Source: an uncultured Bacteroidota bacterium
GTDB taxonomy: Bacteria > Bacteroidota > Bacteroidia > Chitinophagales > Saprospiraceae
Direction of reading: 5' to 3'
Length of the DNA stretch: 39,239 nt
NCBI GenBank assembly: GCA_937952445.1
Contig: CALGAA010000390.1
Span: forward strand, 1-39,239
This document shows positions 10,179 to 20,044 of this stretch, piece by piece. A model generated the notes under the pieces. The model saw only the letters and a list, made by a program, of their open reading frames with translations. It ran no database searches and was not told the DNA's origin. Made by a program: the position numbers and the translations under genes. Position 1 is the stretch's first letter. Each line of letters starts with the position of its first letter.

Positions 10179-11625
10179 AGCCAAAGATCAAATAGAATAC
10201 AGTCGAAATGCTACCAAATATTAGGGCATAAGGTAGCTGGGTTTTGACGTGGTCTACATGATCCGTAGCGGCGGACATTGAGGAAATGATCGTCGTGTCG
10301 GAGATTGGCGAGCAGTGATCTCCAAATATGCCACCTCCAAGCACCGCTGCAAGACATAATGAGAAATGGGCATCGATATTGTTGATCAAAGGCACTGCAA
10401 TCCCAATCATGATAGCGAATGTTCCCCAGGAGGTTCCAGTCGAAAAGGCGATGAAACAACTCGTCAGAAACAAAAGTGCGGGGACAAGGCCATGGGGCAT
10501 ATACGATCCAATCGCGTGACTCACGTATATTCCGGTTCCCAATTCCTTGCAGACGTTTCCAATAGCAAAAGCCAGTATCATCAATAGGGCTAAAGGTACC
10601 AACGCGGCAATACCCTTGAGTGCATAATCAAACGTATCGCGAATTGTCATAATACCCTGTATTTTGTACATGACCATCGCTACAAGTATGGAAATAGTAA
10701 CTGAGATCAACACCGCTTTTGATCCCGACCCCTGTCCCAAAGCTTGCAAGATTTTTTCGACCCCCGAATAAGACGAATTGATATCTGTCCATCCGGTGTA
10801 TAATAATATAATGGGCATGGCTGAGATCATCGTTAATATGGGCACCACCATATTTGATGAGCGAGACTTAATCCCCGTCACGGCAGGAGTTTCCAATATT
10901 TCTTCGGTGATCATCGGTGTTGCATTGTCCCACAGAACTTTTCCTTTTTGAGTTCGTTCTTCTGCTTTTTTCATAGCTGGTAAATCCCATTGGAAGCGGA
11001 TAATCAAAGGGACAGATAACAGAGCGATGAGCGGATAAAAATTGAATGGAATCGATTTCAGGATAGTGAGAAAAGGTTGATCGACCGCCATGGTGGCCAG
11101 AAGACCCATAATAAATGCACCCCACCCATTGAGCGGGAATAGAATGCACGCAGGAGCAGAACCGGAATCGATGATGTAGGCTAGTTTTTCTCTTGATATT
11201 TTTAGTTTATCAAACAACGGCCTGAAAATAGCACCCGCAGTCAACACCGAGATACTGCTTTCTACAAATATTAGAACACTGATGAGCCAGGCATAGAACT
11301 GAACCGTGAATTTACCATTCTGATTGTTATGTAATTTGTGGCCAACCCAATTGATAAATCCCTGCACCCCTCCAGAGCGTTGGACCAATAGGATCAAGCC
11401 ACCAACCAGAGCACTAAACATGATCGTCCGTGTATTTCCCGCATCTGCAAATACATTGACCAATCCTTCCAGTGTATCAAGAAAACCCTTCCAGAGGTTC
11501 CAGTCATTGAGAATGATCCATCCCAGAAAAATTCCGGAAATAAGCGATAAATAAACCTGCCGCGTCCGTATCGCAAATACAATAGCCAGTAGAGGCGGGA
11601 TTAAGCTTAAAAATCCGTAATCCAT
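10162..11625 (-). CDS. Na+/H+ antiporter NhaC family (possible amino-acid transporter)
   Basis: SREKLAYIIDS, FSTGTSWGTFAI, GDHCSPISDTTIISS and HVKTQLPYA motifs. ATG 11625 preferred because a TACTTTTG -7 element lies at 11632-11639. Confidence 0.9.
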   Translation of the reverse strand: MDYGFLSLIPPLLAIVFAIRTRQVYLSLISGIFLGWIILNDWNLWKGFLDTLEGLVNVFADAGNTRTIMFSALVGGLILLVQRSGGVQGFINWVGHKLHNNQNGKFTVQFYAWLISVLIFVESSISVLTAGAIFRPLFDKLKISREKLAYIIDSGSAPACILFPLNGWGAFIMGLLATMAVDQPFLTILKSIPFNFYPLIALLSVPLIIRFQWDLPAMKKAEERTQKGKVLWDNATPMITEEILETPAVTGIKSRSSNMVVPILTMISAMPIILLYTGWTDINSSYSGVEKILQALGQGSGSKAVLISVTISILVAMVMYKIQGIMTIRDTFDYALKGIAALVPLALLMILAFAIGNVCKELGTGIYVSHAIGSYMPHGLVPALLFLTSCFIAFSTGTSWGTFAIMIGIAVPLINNIDAHFSLCLAAVLGGGIFGDHCSPISDTTIISSMSAATDHVDHVKTQLPYALIFGSISTVFYLIFGFILHG

Positions 11626-11754
11626 ATTTTCCAAAAGTAGCTAAATCATGGGATTTAATACGATCCCCAAAATAAAAGAAATAAATATTTAGCTGGAGCA
11701 AGTTCCCTGGTCGCCTGTCATCGGTCACCATGATGGGGGACCTGAAGGCTCAAA

Positions 11755-13026
11755 TCATGGACGTTCTGTTTCATTTTCCTGGTCGGGTTTTTCAAACAGG
11801 GAATGTAATCTAAATTCGCGCTTAATTTTCTCACCATTTCTGATCAATTTGAGCCGGATTCTCTTGCCCTCCTTCCCACTGAGTTTATAAGTGATGCTAT
11901 TGATTGAATAAAAAAAAGATGGCCAAAAGTTGAAACGGTGAATCACATCCCCCGGAAGAATGCCGGCTTTATCCGCAGGACTGCCGGGAATCACCTTTTG
12001 AACCACAATTCGATTGAAATCGGGGCCAGTGGCAATGAGAATCAGGCCGCTGCGATCTATGCGAAATCGTTCGTTGTATTTTTTATTGGGTTTTACGTAC
12101 ATCATTTCGCCGGGGTAGTCGATGTAAACATCAAATCGGGAGAGAAGACTGTTCCCCACCAAACCATTTCGGTTGAGAAATAAATGCCCAATGCTGTCAA
12201 TTTCCAATTCCTGGAAACTGGTTATTATGTTCGTGAACTCAAATTCTCCAAATTCAAACAGATCAATTTTACCCATATGCCCCACGAGGGTACCTCCCAG
12301 CCCTACTCCCAGATTCCCCGGGATGAGCGTTTCGGGAAGATCCAAATGATCCATCGTATTGTTGTAGATCAACAAAGGTATAGCTGATCCGGAATCGATG
12401 AGAAATTTGAGTTCTTGCTCGATTCCGCCTCCTATCTGGATGGTAGTCGTCAGGTAAGGTTTGTTTTTAACGATGGAAATGGGAATTTGATGGAAATCAT
12501 CATCCGGGTGGAAATGTTCTTTTTTGATAAATTCAATGTAATTCCGTCGGTTGTTGATGTGAAGAACGTACCGGTTGAACACATTTGAACCCAGGATGCC
12601 GTGTATTTGCATACCAAGCATTTCATCCAACCTCAAAAAGTCATCTTCGAGGACGAGGACGTTGGATTGGACCAACAATTCGTCTGCGATATTCAACCTG
12701 GCATTCCTGGAAATAAAAGCAAAGATTTGTTGACTGAGGTCTGACCCATATAAGGGAATAGATTTGAAGTAATCCATATTCAGGAGGTAGGCCAACTCCT
12801 TTTTGATTATAATCGTGTATTCACTTCCCGTATCAAAAATAAATTTGGTAGGTAAAGTGTTTTCGAGTTTTACATCCAGAATTATAAAATTCTGAACTTT
12901 TGAAAAATTAAAGCGGACTGACCGTTTAAACTCATCACCAAAAACGTACCGCCTGTTATCCTGTGCATGCAATGCACTGGATTGAACCGCAATAGCAAGT
13001 ACAATAATCCACAGGTGATGCATCAT
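11755..13026 (-). CDS. Secreted retropepsin-like aspartyl protease (two domains) with C-terminal PDZ
   Basis: Signal peptide ...LHA|Q; FIFDTGS...GILG and FLIDSGS...GLVG; PDZ motif VIPGSPADKAGILPGDVI. Confidence 0.9.
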   Translation of the reverse strand: MMHHLWIIVLAIAVQSSALHAQDNRRYVFGDEFKRSVRFNFSKVQNFIILDVKLENTLPTKFIFDTGSEYTIIIKKELAYLLNMDYFKSIPLYGSDLSQQIFAFISRNARLNIADELLVQSNVLVLEDDFLRLDEMLGMQIHGILGSNVFNRYVLHINNRRNYIEFIKKEHFHPDDDFHQIPISIVKNKPYLTTTIQIGGGIEQELKFLIDSGSAIPLLIYNNTMDHLDLPETLIPGNLGVGLGGTLVGHMGKIDLFEFGEFEFTNIITSFQELEIDSIGHLFLNRNGLVGNSLLSRFDVYIDYPGEMMYVKPNKKYNERFRIDRSGLILIATGPDFNRIVVQKVIPGSPADKAGILPGDVIHRFNFWPSFFYSINSITYKLSGKEGKRIRLKLIRNGEKIKREFRLHSLFEKPDQENETERP

Positions 13027-13084
13027 TGTGGAATATAATACATCGACCCAATTTATCGTAGAATTTATTGAATATTTAAGTGGT

Positions 13085-14440
13085 TTAGTTATCCTCCCGC
13101 CTCTGGAAGAATTTCAAATGGATCTCCTGGTAGGGCTCATCTACATCAGAAGAGGTGTCAGACGTTTGTCCTCTATTTAGATCCCTCACCGTTGATCCTA
13201 TGGAATAACGCGATTTGTCAAGGCCAAATGCATTGAAATAGTTGGATAAATTACTGACCCGCTCCTGAATTATGACGGGATGGTTTTCATAAAACGCAGA
13301 ATCATAGACCATTTCGACATTGAAATTCACGAACGGGTAAGCCTGCAAAATGGCTACCAACCCTGTTAATTCACTGTTGGCGGAGATGGTGAGGATCGAT
13401 GTGGTGTCTTGAAATGAAATGATGGAATTTTTATAATTGATCGTATCGGTGATCGATTCATTGGTCTCGAGATAAATCATCAAGGAGTCCAAAGCGCTTT
13501 TCGATTCGATGACCAATACCTCTTCATTGGGAAGAGTAAATGTATGTTGTTCGTTTTCCTCGATATCTTCTTCTTCCGGAAGCGCGTAGGTAATGCTGTC
13601 ATCCCTATCCAGACTGTCATCAAGGACCAGGCTGTCAGTGATCAACGGCGGGGAAGGGACCACCAACGGCTCGGTATTCCGGCCGGTGAAATTATTCATA
13701 ATATATAAACCGAGACCCGATATGATCAGAAGAGCAACCCAGGGCCACAATATCTTGTAAAACGCGCCCTTTTCATTATCTTCGGATGGAGGCACGGACG
13801 TGGCAGTTGTGACTTTTTTTGGTGCAGAAAGTTGATCACTTTCAACTGCATCGGTTTTCTGATCACTTTCCGACAATTCGTTAACCACCGGGATTCGAAG
13901 TCCCAGGACCTTGGCAAGACCAGGATAACTTTGTCCAATTAAGGGTTCATTGTATTTTAGTGTCTCTGAGATTTGATCGGCCTCGAGGTGCTCTTCGTGA
14001 ACTATCCGGCCCATTGTGGCCACCGAAAAAGGAGCGATCAGTTGATGAATATGTTCGATTTCTTCTTCGTCGGTTTGGTATTTTTCACTGAGATAGTGAT
14101 GAATCTGATTGATTGTAGTATTCGAATTGTTTTCAAACACGAAAGCCAGCAAGCTTTTACCCAGCCTTTGGTGGTCATTTCGTTTTTTCTCGTTTTCAAA
14201 GATATCCTGGATTTGTTCGAAGATGTCACCCTTATGATTTCCGAGCTCAAACAGGTTTTTAATGGATTTGGATCCATTTTCCTTTTGGTTTTTAAGGATC
14301 AACCCACCCACGGTTGAAGCATGCAAAATGGAAATATGGTCCATGATCGTTTGGTCTTTGACCGATTCTACCCGTTTCAAATACTCAAGCAAATCCGGTT
14401 TAACACCAAGATCAAACGATTCCAATAAATTATGCTTCAT
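13085..14440 (-). CDS. DUF937-like N-domain + TM helix + degenerate OmpA-like C-domain
   Basis: Helical N-domain (LGKSLLAFVF...LIAPFSVATMG), a TM segment (WPWVALLIISGLGLY) and an OmpA-like FQDTTSILT...ILQAYP segment. TATATTTG promoter at 14461-14468. Confidence 0.55.
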   Translation of the reverse strand: MKHNLLESFDLGVKPDLLEYLKRVESVKDQTIMDHISILHASTVGGLILKNQKENGSKSIKNLFELGNHKGDIFEQIQDIFENEKKRNDHQRLGKSLLAFVFENNSNTTINQIHHYLSEKYQTDEEEIEHIHQLIAPFSVATMGRIVHEEHLEADQISETLKYNEPLIGQSYPGLAKVLGLRIPVVNELSESDQKTDAVESDQLSAPKKVTTATSVPPSEDNEKGAFYKILWPWVALLIISGLGLYIMNNFTGRNTEPLVVPSPPLITDSLVLDDSLDRDDSITYALPEEEDIEENEQHTFTLPNEEVLVIESKSALDSLMIYLETNESITDTINYKNSIISFQDTTSILTISANSELTGLVAILQAYPFVNFNVEMVYDSAFYENHPVIIQERVSNLSNYFNAFGLDKSRYSIGSTVRDLNRGQTSDTSSDVDEPYQEIHLKFFQRREDN

Positions 14441-14784
14441 AGTCAATCCCTTGTGACCTACAAATATAAGATTGTTTTGTTAAAACTCTTCTGATTGGCT
14501 GCATGCAGTTCTCCGCGTACGAAGTGAAATCAGAAAAAATAAGTGATTCTTTCCTCCCTATACTGTACGATTTCAGTGCCTTTTAAGCCGTGATTTCCCT
14601 ACGATCGATTTCAATTTTTAATTTTAAATGGTGAATCTGCTTCGTACGGAGGGACAGGAAGAATAAACATATCAGCGCATAGTTTCCGTCTTTTCAAACA
14701 AATGCCGTTTTCCTTCCCGGATCACATAAAAAAGTCAGCATAGCCTCTTTGACTCTCTTTCATCGGTTCACATACCCATCATGA

Positions 14785-15699
14785 TTATTTAGTCACGCGT
14801 CTGAAACGCCCCGTAAGCCCCTTCGACCAGTATTCTGATAACAGGAACCCCGACACCAGGTCCCAAACGCCCCACCACCCTGCAACCAGGGCCATCCCGC
14901 CCAGTCCGTTAAAAAAGTTGAAGATAAGGATGAGTCCAAGACCAGCGTTTTGAATTCCCGTTTCAATTGCAATGGCCCGGGCATTTTCTTCTGGTTGCCT
15001 TAACGCTTTTGCAAAAAAATAGCCAATGAGATATGCACCCCCATTGTGGATCAATACCAATAAGAAAACCATCGAGAGATATTGCTGTGCATTGGAGATG
15101 TTTTGCCAGAGGGCAACGATGATTATAATTATCAGCAAGAGGATTGAAAGGGGCTTGATTACTTTTCGAATCCGGGCGGTCAAGATAGGGAAGAAATGGT
15201 GGATGGACATTCCAATGACCAGAGGAATCACTATGAGTTGGAATAGGATGCTGACCATGTTCCAAATGTCTATGGTGAGAATGACATCCTGATCCATCTC
15301 TATGACAAATTGGGAATAAAAATAAAAGAGGGTAGGGGTCAAGACGACAGAAAAAAGTGTAGCAATTGAAGTCAAAGTGATGCTGAGAGCGGTATTTCCG
15401 CCCGACCGGTGAACCAGATAATTGGATATGTTGCCACCAGGACACGCTGCAACCAGCAACAGACCCATTTTCATACTATTGGGTAGATCCCAGATCAATA
15501 CCAAAATGATCGTAAATATGGGTAAAAGAAAGAGTTGAGAGACCATTCCAATCAGTGCGGGCCGGGGGTTTTGGAGGAGACGTTTGAAATCATTCAGGGT
15601 TAGGTCGAGCGCTACTCCAAACATCATAAATCCCAAACAATAATTGAGAAGGCGTAATTGGCTTTCATCAAAATGAAGCACCATGCTATCTACATCCAT
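14785..15699 (-). CDS. Bile acid:sodium symporter (BASS) family transporter
   Basis: MFGVAL, LLVAACPGGNISN, GNTALSITLT and AIAIETGIQNAGLG motifs. Confidence 0.92.
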   Translation of the reverse strand: MDVDSMVLHFDESQLRLLNYCLGFMMFGVALDLTLNDFKRLLQNPRPALIGMVSQLFLLPIFTIILVLIWDLPNSMKMGLLLVAACPGGNISNYLVHRSGGNTALSITLTSIATLFSVVLTPTLFYFYSQFVIEMDQDVILTIDIWNMVSILFQLIVIPLVIGMSIHHFFPILTARIRKVIKPLSILLLIIIIIVALWQNISNAQQYLSMVFLLVLIHNGGAYLIGYFFAKALRQPEENARAIAIETGIQNAGLGLILIFNFFNGLGGMALVAGWWGVWDLVSGFLLSEYWSKGLTGRFRRVTK

Positions 15700-15844
15700 A
15701 AAAAATCAATTACCTTAGCGATGTGGTTTTAAACTGGAACATTGAGCTATAAATTACGAGTGCATTTCTCAACATGCATTGGTTGAATTCGATCAATTTT
15801 GCACGAAAAATTGAGATAAATATAGATATATTTTGACAAGGAAA

Positions 15845-18800
15845 ATGAATAGGCATGTTCAGCGGGTGTTAGTGGATTCTTTAAGCAGGATTTCCGCAAT
15901 CGATGCCAGCGATAAGGACCGGTATTTCCTTTTATATGAAGCTTTTATTCCATTCTTATCCCGGATCGCTGAAGAATTGGAGCCCCCTTCCTTTGAACCT
16001 GGCATCAATTCTTTTTCTCTGTTTGCTTATTTGTCATACGAATTTGATCTGCCAGAACACCTTCGTTTTGCGGGGTTCAAACTGATCCGGTCACACCACG
16101 ACCCTGCTCCGGACCAATTTCCAATGAGGTATTCGGCGTTGTTTTGGCTAACCTTAGAATTAGCTCAGGTATTTGTACCGGATTCCATTCCAGACGAATT
16201 GAAAGAAAAACAATCCTTCCCTCCGGATGAATTTTGGGTCGATCATATTCCCCGGGTGCACATGGAAACAGGAAAAGTGGTATTGCTCGGAAGAAAAGCC
16301 AATACTGAATTAACCTTCGATGCTTACTGGGTGGATTATAATGGCCGTAAAGTGGTGGTTCGCCCGGATAAAATCATGCGGATTAAAAATCAAATCGGGG
16401 CGTTGCAACAAGCGGATGAACACCTGCATTTTCCCATGACTGTCCAATTGTTTGACATCGACGCCCGCGAAGACGTATTGATTCCGGGTGCGGTCGTATT
16501 TTTACCGGACTATTTGATCGATATTACATCCATCTCCCAATGTTTCACCCCTTTCGGTGAAATGACCTCGGTATATCTACTCAATAAAATCCGACCTTTT
16601 TCCGATTCTCACCATCTGTTGATCGGAAATTGTGTGAATCAAATTTTGGACGAATTGATTTTTAATCCTGAAATGGAATGGAAGGAAATCGTTTCACGTC
16701 TGTTTCGGATCAATGAACTGACCTGGGCTACTTATTCTGATGCGGATACCCTTCAGCATATCCGGACGATCAAAACGCATTTTGATCACCTTAAAAATAC
16801 GATTAAATACGAATTCCTCAACAAAGGTTTCCAACAAGAGTATTGTGCCGTCGAGCCTAGTTTCTATGCGCCTGAGTATGGATTACAAGGCCGTCTGGAT
16901 CTACTGTATGAACATCCGGACCCCAATAAACCCAGAATGATCATCGAATTGAAAAGTGGAAAGATTTTCAAACCCAATTCGTATGGACTCAATCATCCGC
17001 ATTACATTCAGACCTTGCTATACGATTTATTGATTCGAGCCTCATACCCGGGAGGGGCCAATCCGATCAATTATATCCTTTATTCGGTGGAAGAAAAAGA
17101 CAACCTGCGGCATGCGCCCGCTATTCGGGATTGGCAATTTGAAGCTATTGGTATCCGAAACCAGTTGGTTGTGCTGGAATGTCGGCTGGCAAAGTGGACC
17201 AAAAACGATCATACGCTCTATGAGATCCTGCAGGAGCTCAATGAACATGTGGTGGGGTTCAATTCATCTGACCGCGAGCATTTTTATAAAAATTATGAGG
17301 CAGCGCGCCCTGTTATCCGCAGCTACTTTGATACATACCTCACTTTTCTGACCCGGGAGCAAATGAGGTCAAAACTGGGAGTGGTCAGTTCGGACCGCAA
17401 AGGTCAATCCCAATTGTGGAGCTCATCCTCGGAAGAGAAAGACAAGCAGTTTCTTATACTTCGTGGATTGAAGGTGGAAACCGACAACAGCCAGGATGAC
17501 AACCCCCTCGTCGTATTCAGGAAAACATCAGGAACCAATCCGCTGGCCAATTTTCGAACAGGCGATGTGATTGTTACCTATCCGGAAAATAGAGATAACT
17601 ATCCCACCCGGGGACAGTTGTTTCGATGTTCCCTGGTCGAAAATTCAGCCGAAAAGATCGTGGTTCGCTTGAGAGCACGACAGTACAAACCCATTTTCCT
17701 GCCAGGAACAAATTGGTGCGTGGAACACGACCATCTGGACAGTTCATTCCGACAAATGAATCAGTCGTTGGTTACTATTCTCAATATGGATCAGCAGCAA
17801 TCCGAAAAATTTTTGGGATTGAGGCCTCCTGCTCGACCAGAAGCTTCTCCGATCACATCCCTTCCACCAGGGATGACGGATACCCAGGCACAAGCGCTAT
17901 CAGAAATGGAAGCGGTTCAGGATCATTATCTCCTTTGGGGTCCACCCGGAACCGGTAAGACGAGCATTTTGCTCCGAAATTTTGTAGCGCAAAAATTGAG
18001 TCAAAAGGATAATCGATTGTTGTTGGTTGGTTATACGAATCGCGCGGTTGATGAAATTTGTTCGGCCTTATTAAGCATCGATCATTTGGAGGAAAGTCAA
18101 ATACTCCGCATTGGCTCGCGCTATGGAACAGATCCGATGTACCGCCATTTTCTCCTCAAAGAGCGGAACCAGCATATCAGCAACCGGTCTCAACTGTTGG
18201 AAATGCTGCATGGTACCCGGATCGTATGCGGCACCATAGCTTCGCTTTCCGGCCAATTGGAACTGTTCGGAATTGTGGACTTTGATTATCTGGTGATCGA
18301 CGAGGCATCTCAGATCCTGGAACCTGCATTGATCGGGTTACTGAGCATGGGAATCCCGTATGTCTTGATAGGAGATCACAAACAATTGCCCGCAGTGGTC
18401 AACCAATCATTGGAAGAGACGTATACGCACCAACCCGAATTGCATGATATCGGACTTTACAACCTGTCAAATTCATATTTTGAAAGAATGTTTGACATCG
18501 TCCAATCATCCAACTGGAAATGGGCATTTGGGATTTTGACCCATCAAGGAAGAATGCACAGGGATCTGATGGGATACCCCAACCAGTTTTTTTATGAAAA
18601 TATACTGGAAATTTTGCCTTTTGATGCAGGACGGCAAACGATTCCTTTGCATGGAAAATTTGATGATTTCACCGATCTGGCCCATTGTCTGTGCAGCCAT
18701 CGGACGATTTTTATTCCGACCACCGATCAAAATTTTTTAAACCATAAGGTCAATGTAGAGGAGGCCAACCGGATCGTGGAAATTATTCGGTGCTTATTGG

Positions 18801-19222
18801 AAATCCGGCCGAATCTGGATCCCGCCGAAATTGGAATTATTACCCCCTACCGGGCCCAGATAGCTACAATTCGTCATGCTCTCGAAGAAGGTGGGGTCGA
18901 TTATCGGGAAATTACAGTTGATACGGTGGAACGATATCAAGGTGGTGCAAAAGATGTAATCATCATATCGTATTGTATAAATGTTTTTTCTCAGGTTCAC
19001 CAACTCAAGGAATCGATGACTGCGGATGGTGTCGATCGAAAATTGAATGTGGCAATGACCCGGGCCCGCGAGCAAATCATTTTTCTGGCCAATGAAGAAT
19101 TAATGCGTGAACATCCGCTTTATGAAGCATTGTTGTTTCACTATCATAGGTTTACTCCGCAAAAAAAGTCTTTGCATTTAAATTCCGGTAAAATGGAAGC
19201 GGATAAGGGGTCTGCAGTTTGA
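15845..19222 (+). CDS. Dna2-like PD-(D/E)XK nuclease fused to an SF1B (Upf1/Dna2) helicase
   Basis: Nuclease: VEPSF...GLQGRLDLL...IIELKSGK...HYIQTLLY. Helicase: WGPPGTGKT, YTNRAVD, VIDEASQ, IGDHKQLP, QGRMH, GIITPYRAQ, TVERYQG, LNVAMTRA. Start is 15833 (TTG) or 15845 (ATG). Confidence 0.88.
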   Translation: MNRHVQRVLVDSLSRISAIDASDKDRYFLLYEAFIPFLSRIAEELEPPSFEPGINSFSLFAYLSYEFDLPEHLRFAGFKLIRSHHDPAPDQFPMRYSALFWLTLELAQVFVPDSIPDELKEKQSFPPDEFWVDHIPRVHMETGKVVLLGRKANTELTFDAYWVDYNGRKVVVRPDKIMRIKNQIGALQQADEHLHFPMTVQLFDIDAREDVLIPGAVVFLPDYLIDITSISQCFTPFGEMTSVYLLNKIRPFSDSHHLLIGNCVNQILDELIFNPEMEWKEIVSRLFRINELTWATYSDADTLQHIRTIKTHFDHLKNTIKYEFLNKGFQQEYCAVEPSFYAPEYGLQGRLDLLYEHPDPNKPRMIIELKSGKIFKPNSYGLNHPHYIQTLLYDLLIRASYPGGANPINYILYSVEEKDNLRHAPAIRDWQFEAIGIRNQLVVLECRLAKWTKNDHTLYEILQELNEHVVGFNSSDREHFYKNYEAARPVIRSYFDTYLTFLTREQMRSKLGVVSSDRKGQSQLWSSSSEEKDKQFLILRGLKVETDNSQDDNPLVVFRKTSGTNPLANFRTGDVIVTYPENRDNYPTRGQLFRCSLVENSAEKIVVRLRARQYKPIFLPGTNWCVEHDHLDSSFRQMNQSLVTILNMDQQQSEKFLGLRPPARPEASPITSLPPGMTDTQAQALSEMEAVQDHYLLWGPPGTGKTSILLRNFVAQKLSQKDNRLLLVGYTNRAVDEICSALLSIDHLEESQILRIGSRYGTDPMYRHFLLKERNQHISNRSQLLEMLHGTRIVCGTIASLSGQLELFGIVDFDYLVIDEASQILEPALIGLLSMGIPYVLIGDHKQLPAVVNQSLEETYTHQPELHDIGLYNLSNSYFERMFDIVQSSNWKWAFGILTHQGRMHRDLMGYPNQFFYENILEILPFDAGRQTIPLHGKFDDFTDLAHCLCSHRTIFIPTTDQNFLNHKVNVEEANRIVEIIRCLLEIRPNLDPAEIGIITPYRAQIATIRHALEEGGVDYREITVDTVERYQGGAKDVIIISYCINVFSQVHQLKESMTADGVDRKLNVAMTRAREQIIFLANEELMREHPLYEALLFHYHRFTPQKKSLHLNSGKMEADKGSAV

Positions 19223-19223
19223 C

Positions 19224-19250
19224 CGAAACGAACCAGGTTTCGCGTTTTTT
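19224..19250 (+). terminator. Putative intrinsic terminator between convergent genes
   Basis: CGAAAC-N7-GTTTCG hairpin followed by a T-run right after the stop codon. Confidence 0.45.
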
Positions 19251-19883
19251 TTATTTGATATCCAGTATTTTATGCGTTTGCAGACTGAGCCGCCATTTTG
19301 GATTATCCAAACAGTATTCCACACATTTTTGCATGTTTTCAGGGGTGTGCTCGTTGTCCATAGGCGATAAATAAAAGTATTTAAAATCTAAAGATTCCCA
19401 TTCTCCCGGGTCCATGTTCCCTTGCGGATAAACGATTTTCAGTTCGTCACCCCGTTGTTGTTTGATCGTTGTATTTTCTTTTGGACTGACGCATATCCAA
19501 TCCAGATCAAACTCTATCGCGATGGTCCCATTTGTTTCGATGCCGACCTCGAATCCCTGTTCATGGAATGCCTGGACAAGAGCCCGGTCGAGCTGGAGCA
19601 TGGGTTCTCCTCCGGTGCAAACCACATATTTGTTTGTTGCTCCATACGGGAAAAGCTGAATAGCCTTGTCCACTACAGATTGGGGGGTAGGATACTTACC
19701 ACCATTTTCACCATCTGTACCCCAAAAATTGGTATCACAGAACTGACAAATCGCTTTGTGTCTGTCCTCTTCCCGACCGGACCATAAATTACACCCTGAA
19801 AACCTGAGAAAAACCGCAGGTCTGCCGCTTTGGCCTCCCTCTCCCTGAAGGGTGTAGTACATTTCTTTTATTTTATAGGACAA
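19251..19883 (-). CDS. queE: 7-carboxy-7-deazaguanine synthase (radical SAM, CX14CX2C type)
   Basis: YTLQGEG, RFSGCNLW...ICQFCDT, TGGEP, ETNGT, CVSPK and RLSLQTHK motifs; TTG start. Confidence 0.96.
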   Translation of the reverse strand: MSYKIKEMYYTLQGEGGQSGRPAVFLRFSGCNLWSGREEDRHKAICQFCDTNFWGTDGENGGKYPTPQSVVDKAIQLFPYGATNKYVVCTGGEPMLQLDRALVQAFHEQGFEVGIETNGTIAIEFDLDWICVSPKENTTIKQQRGDELKIVYPQGNMDPGEWESLDFKYFYLSPMDNEHTPENMQKCVEYCLDNPKWRLSLQTHKILDIK

Positions 19884-20044
19884 TGGTGTATACAGTGTTT
19901 AAGTTAAAAATTCAATTCGGAAGTCGCTGATTCCTGTTGGCATCAATACGATAACACATTTTGGGAATACAAGTTTGAAACTTGCACTTAAAATTCCTTT
20001 ATTTGAAATCTCGTCGAACTGTTTCCAGTTCGCGATCCCAGCCA

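Noticed and set aside
19251-19883. queE as part of a deazaguanine DNA-modification (dpd) or QatABCD defence system with the adjacent helicase
   Set aside because: The genes are convergent, with no dpdA/tgt, queC or queD nearby. The CX14CX2C variant is already known from Burkholderia QueE.
19884-20044. preQ1 riboswitch upstream of queE
   Set aside because: No preQ1-type stem-loop plus A-rich tail was recognisable.
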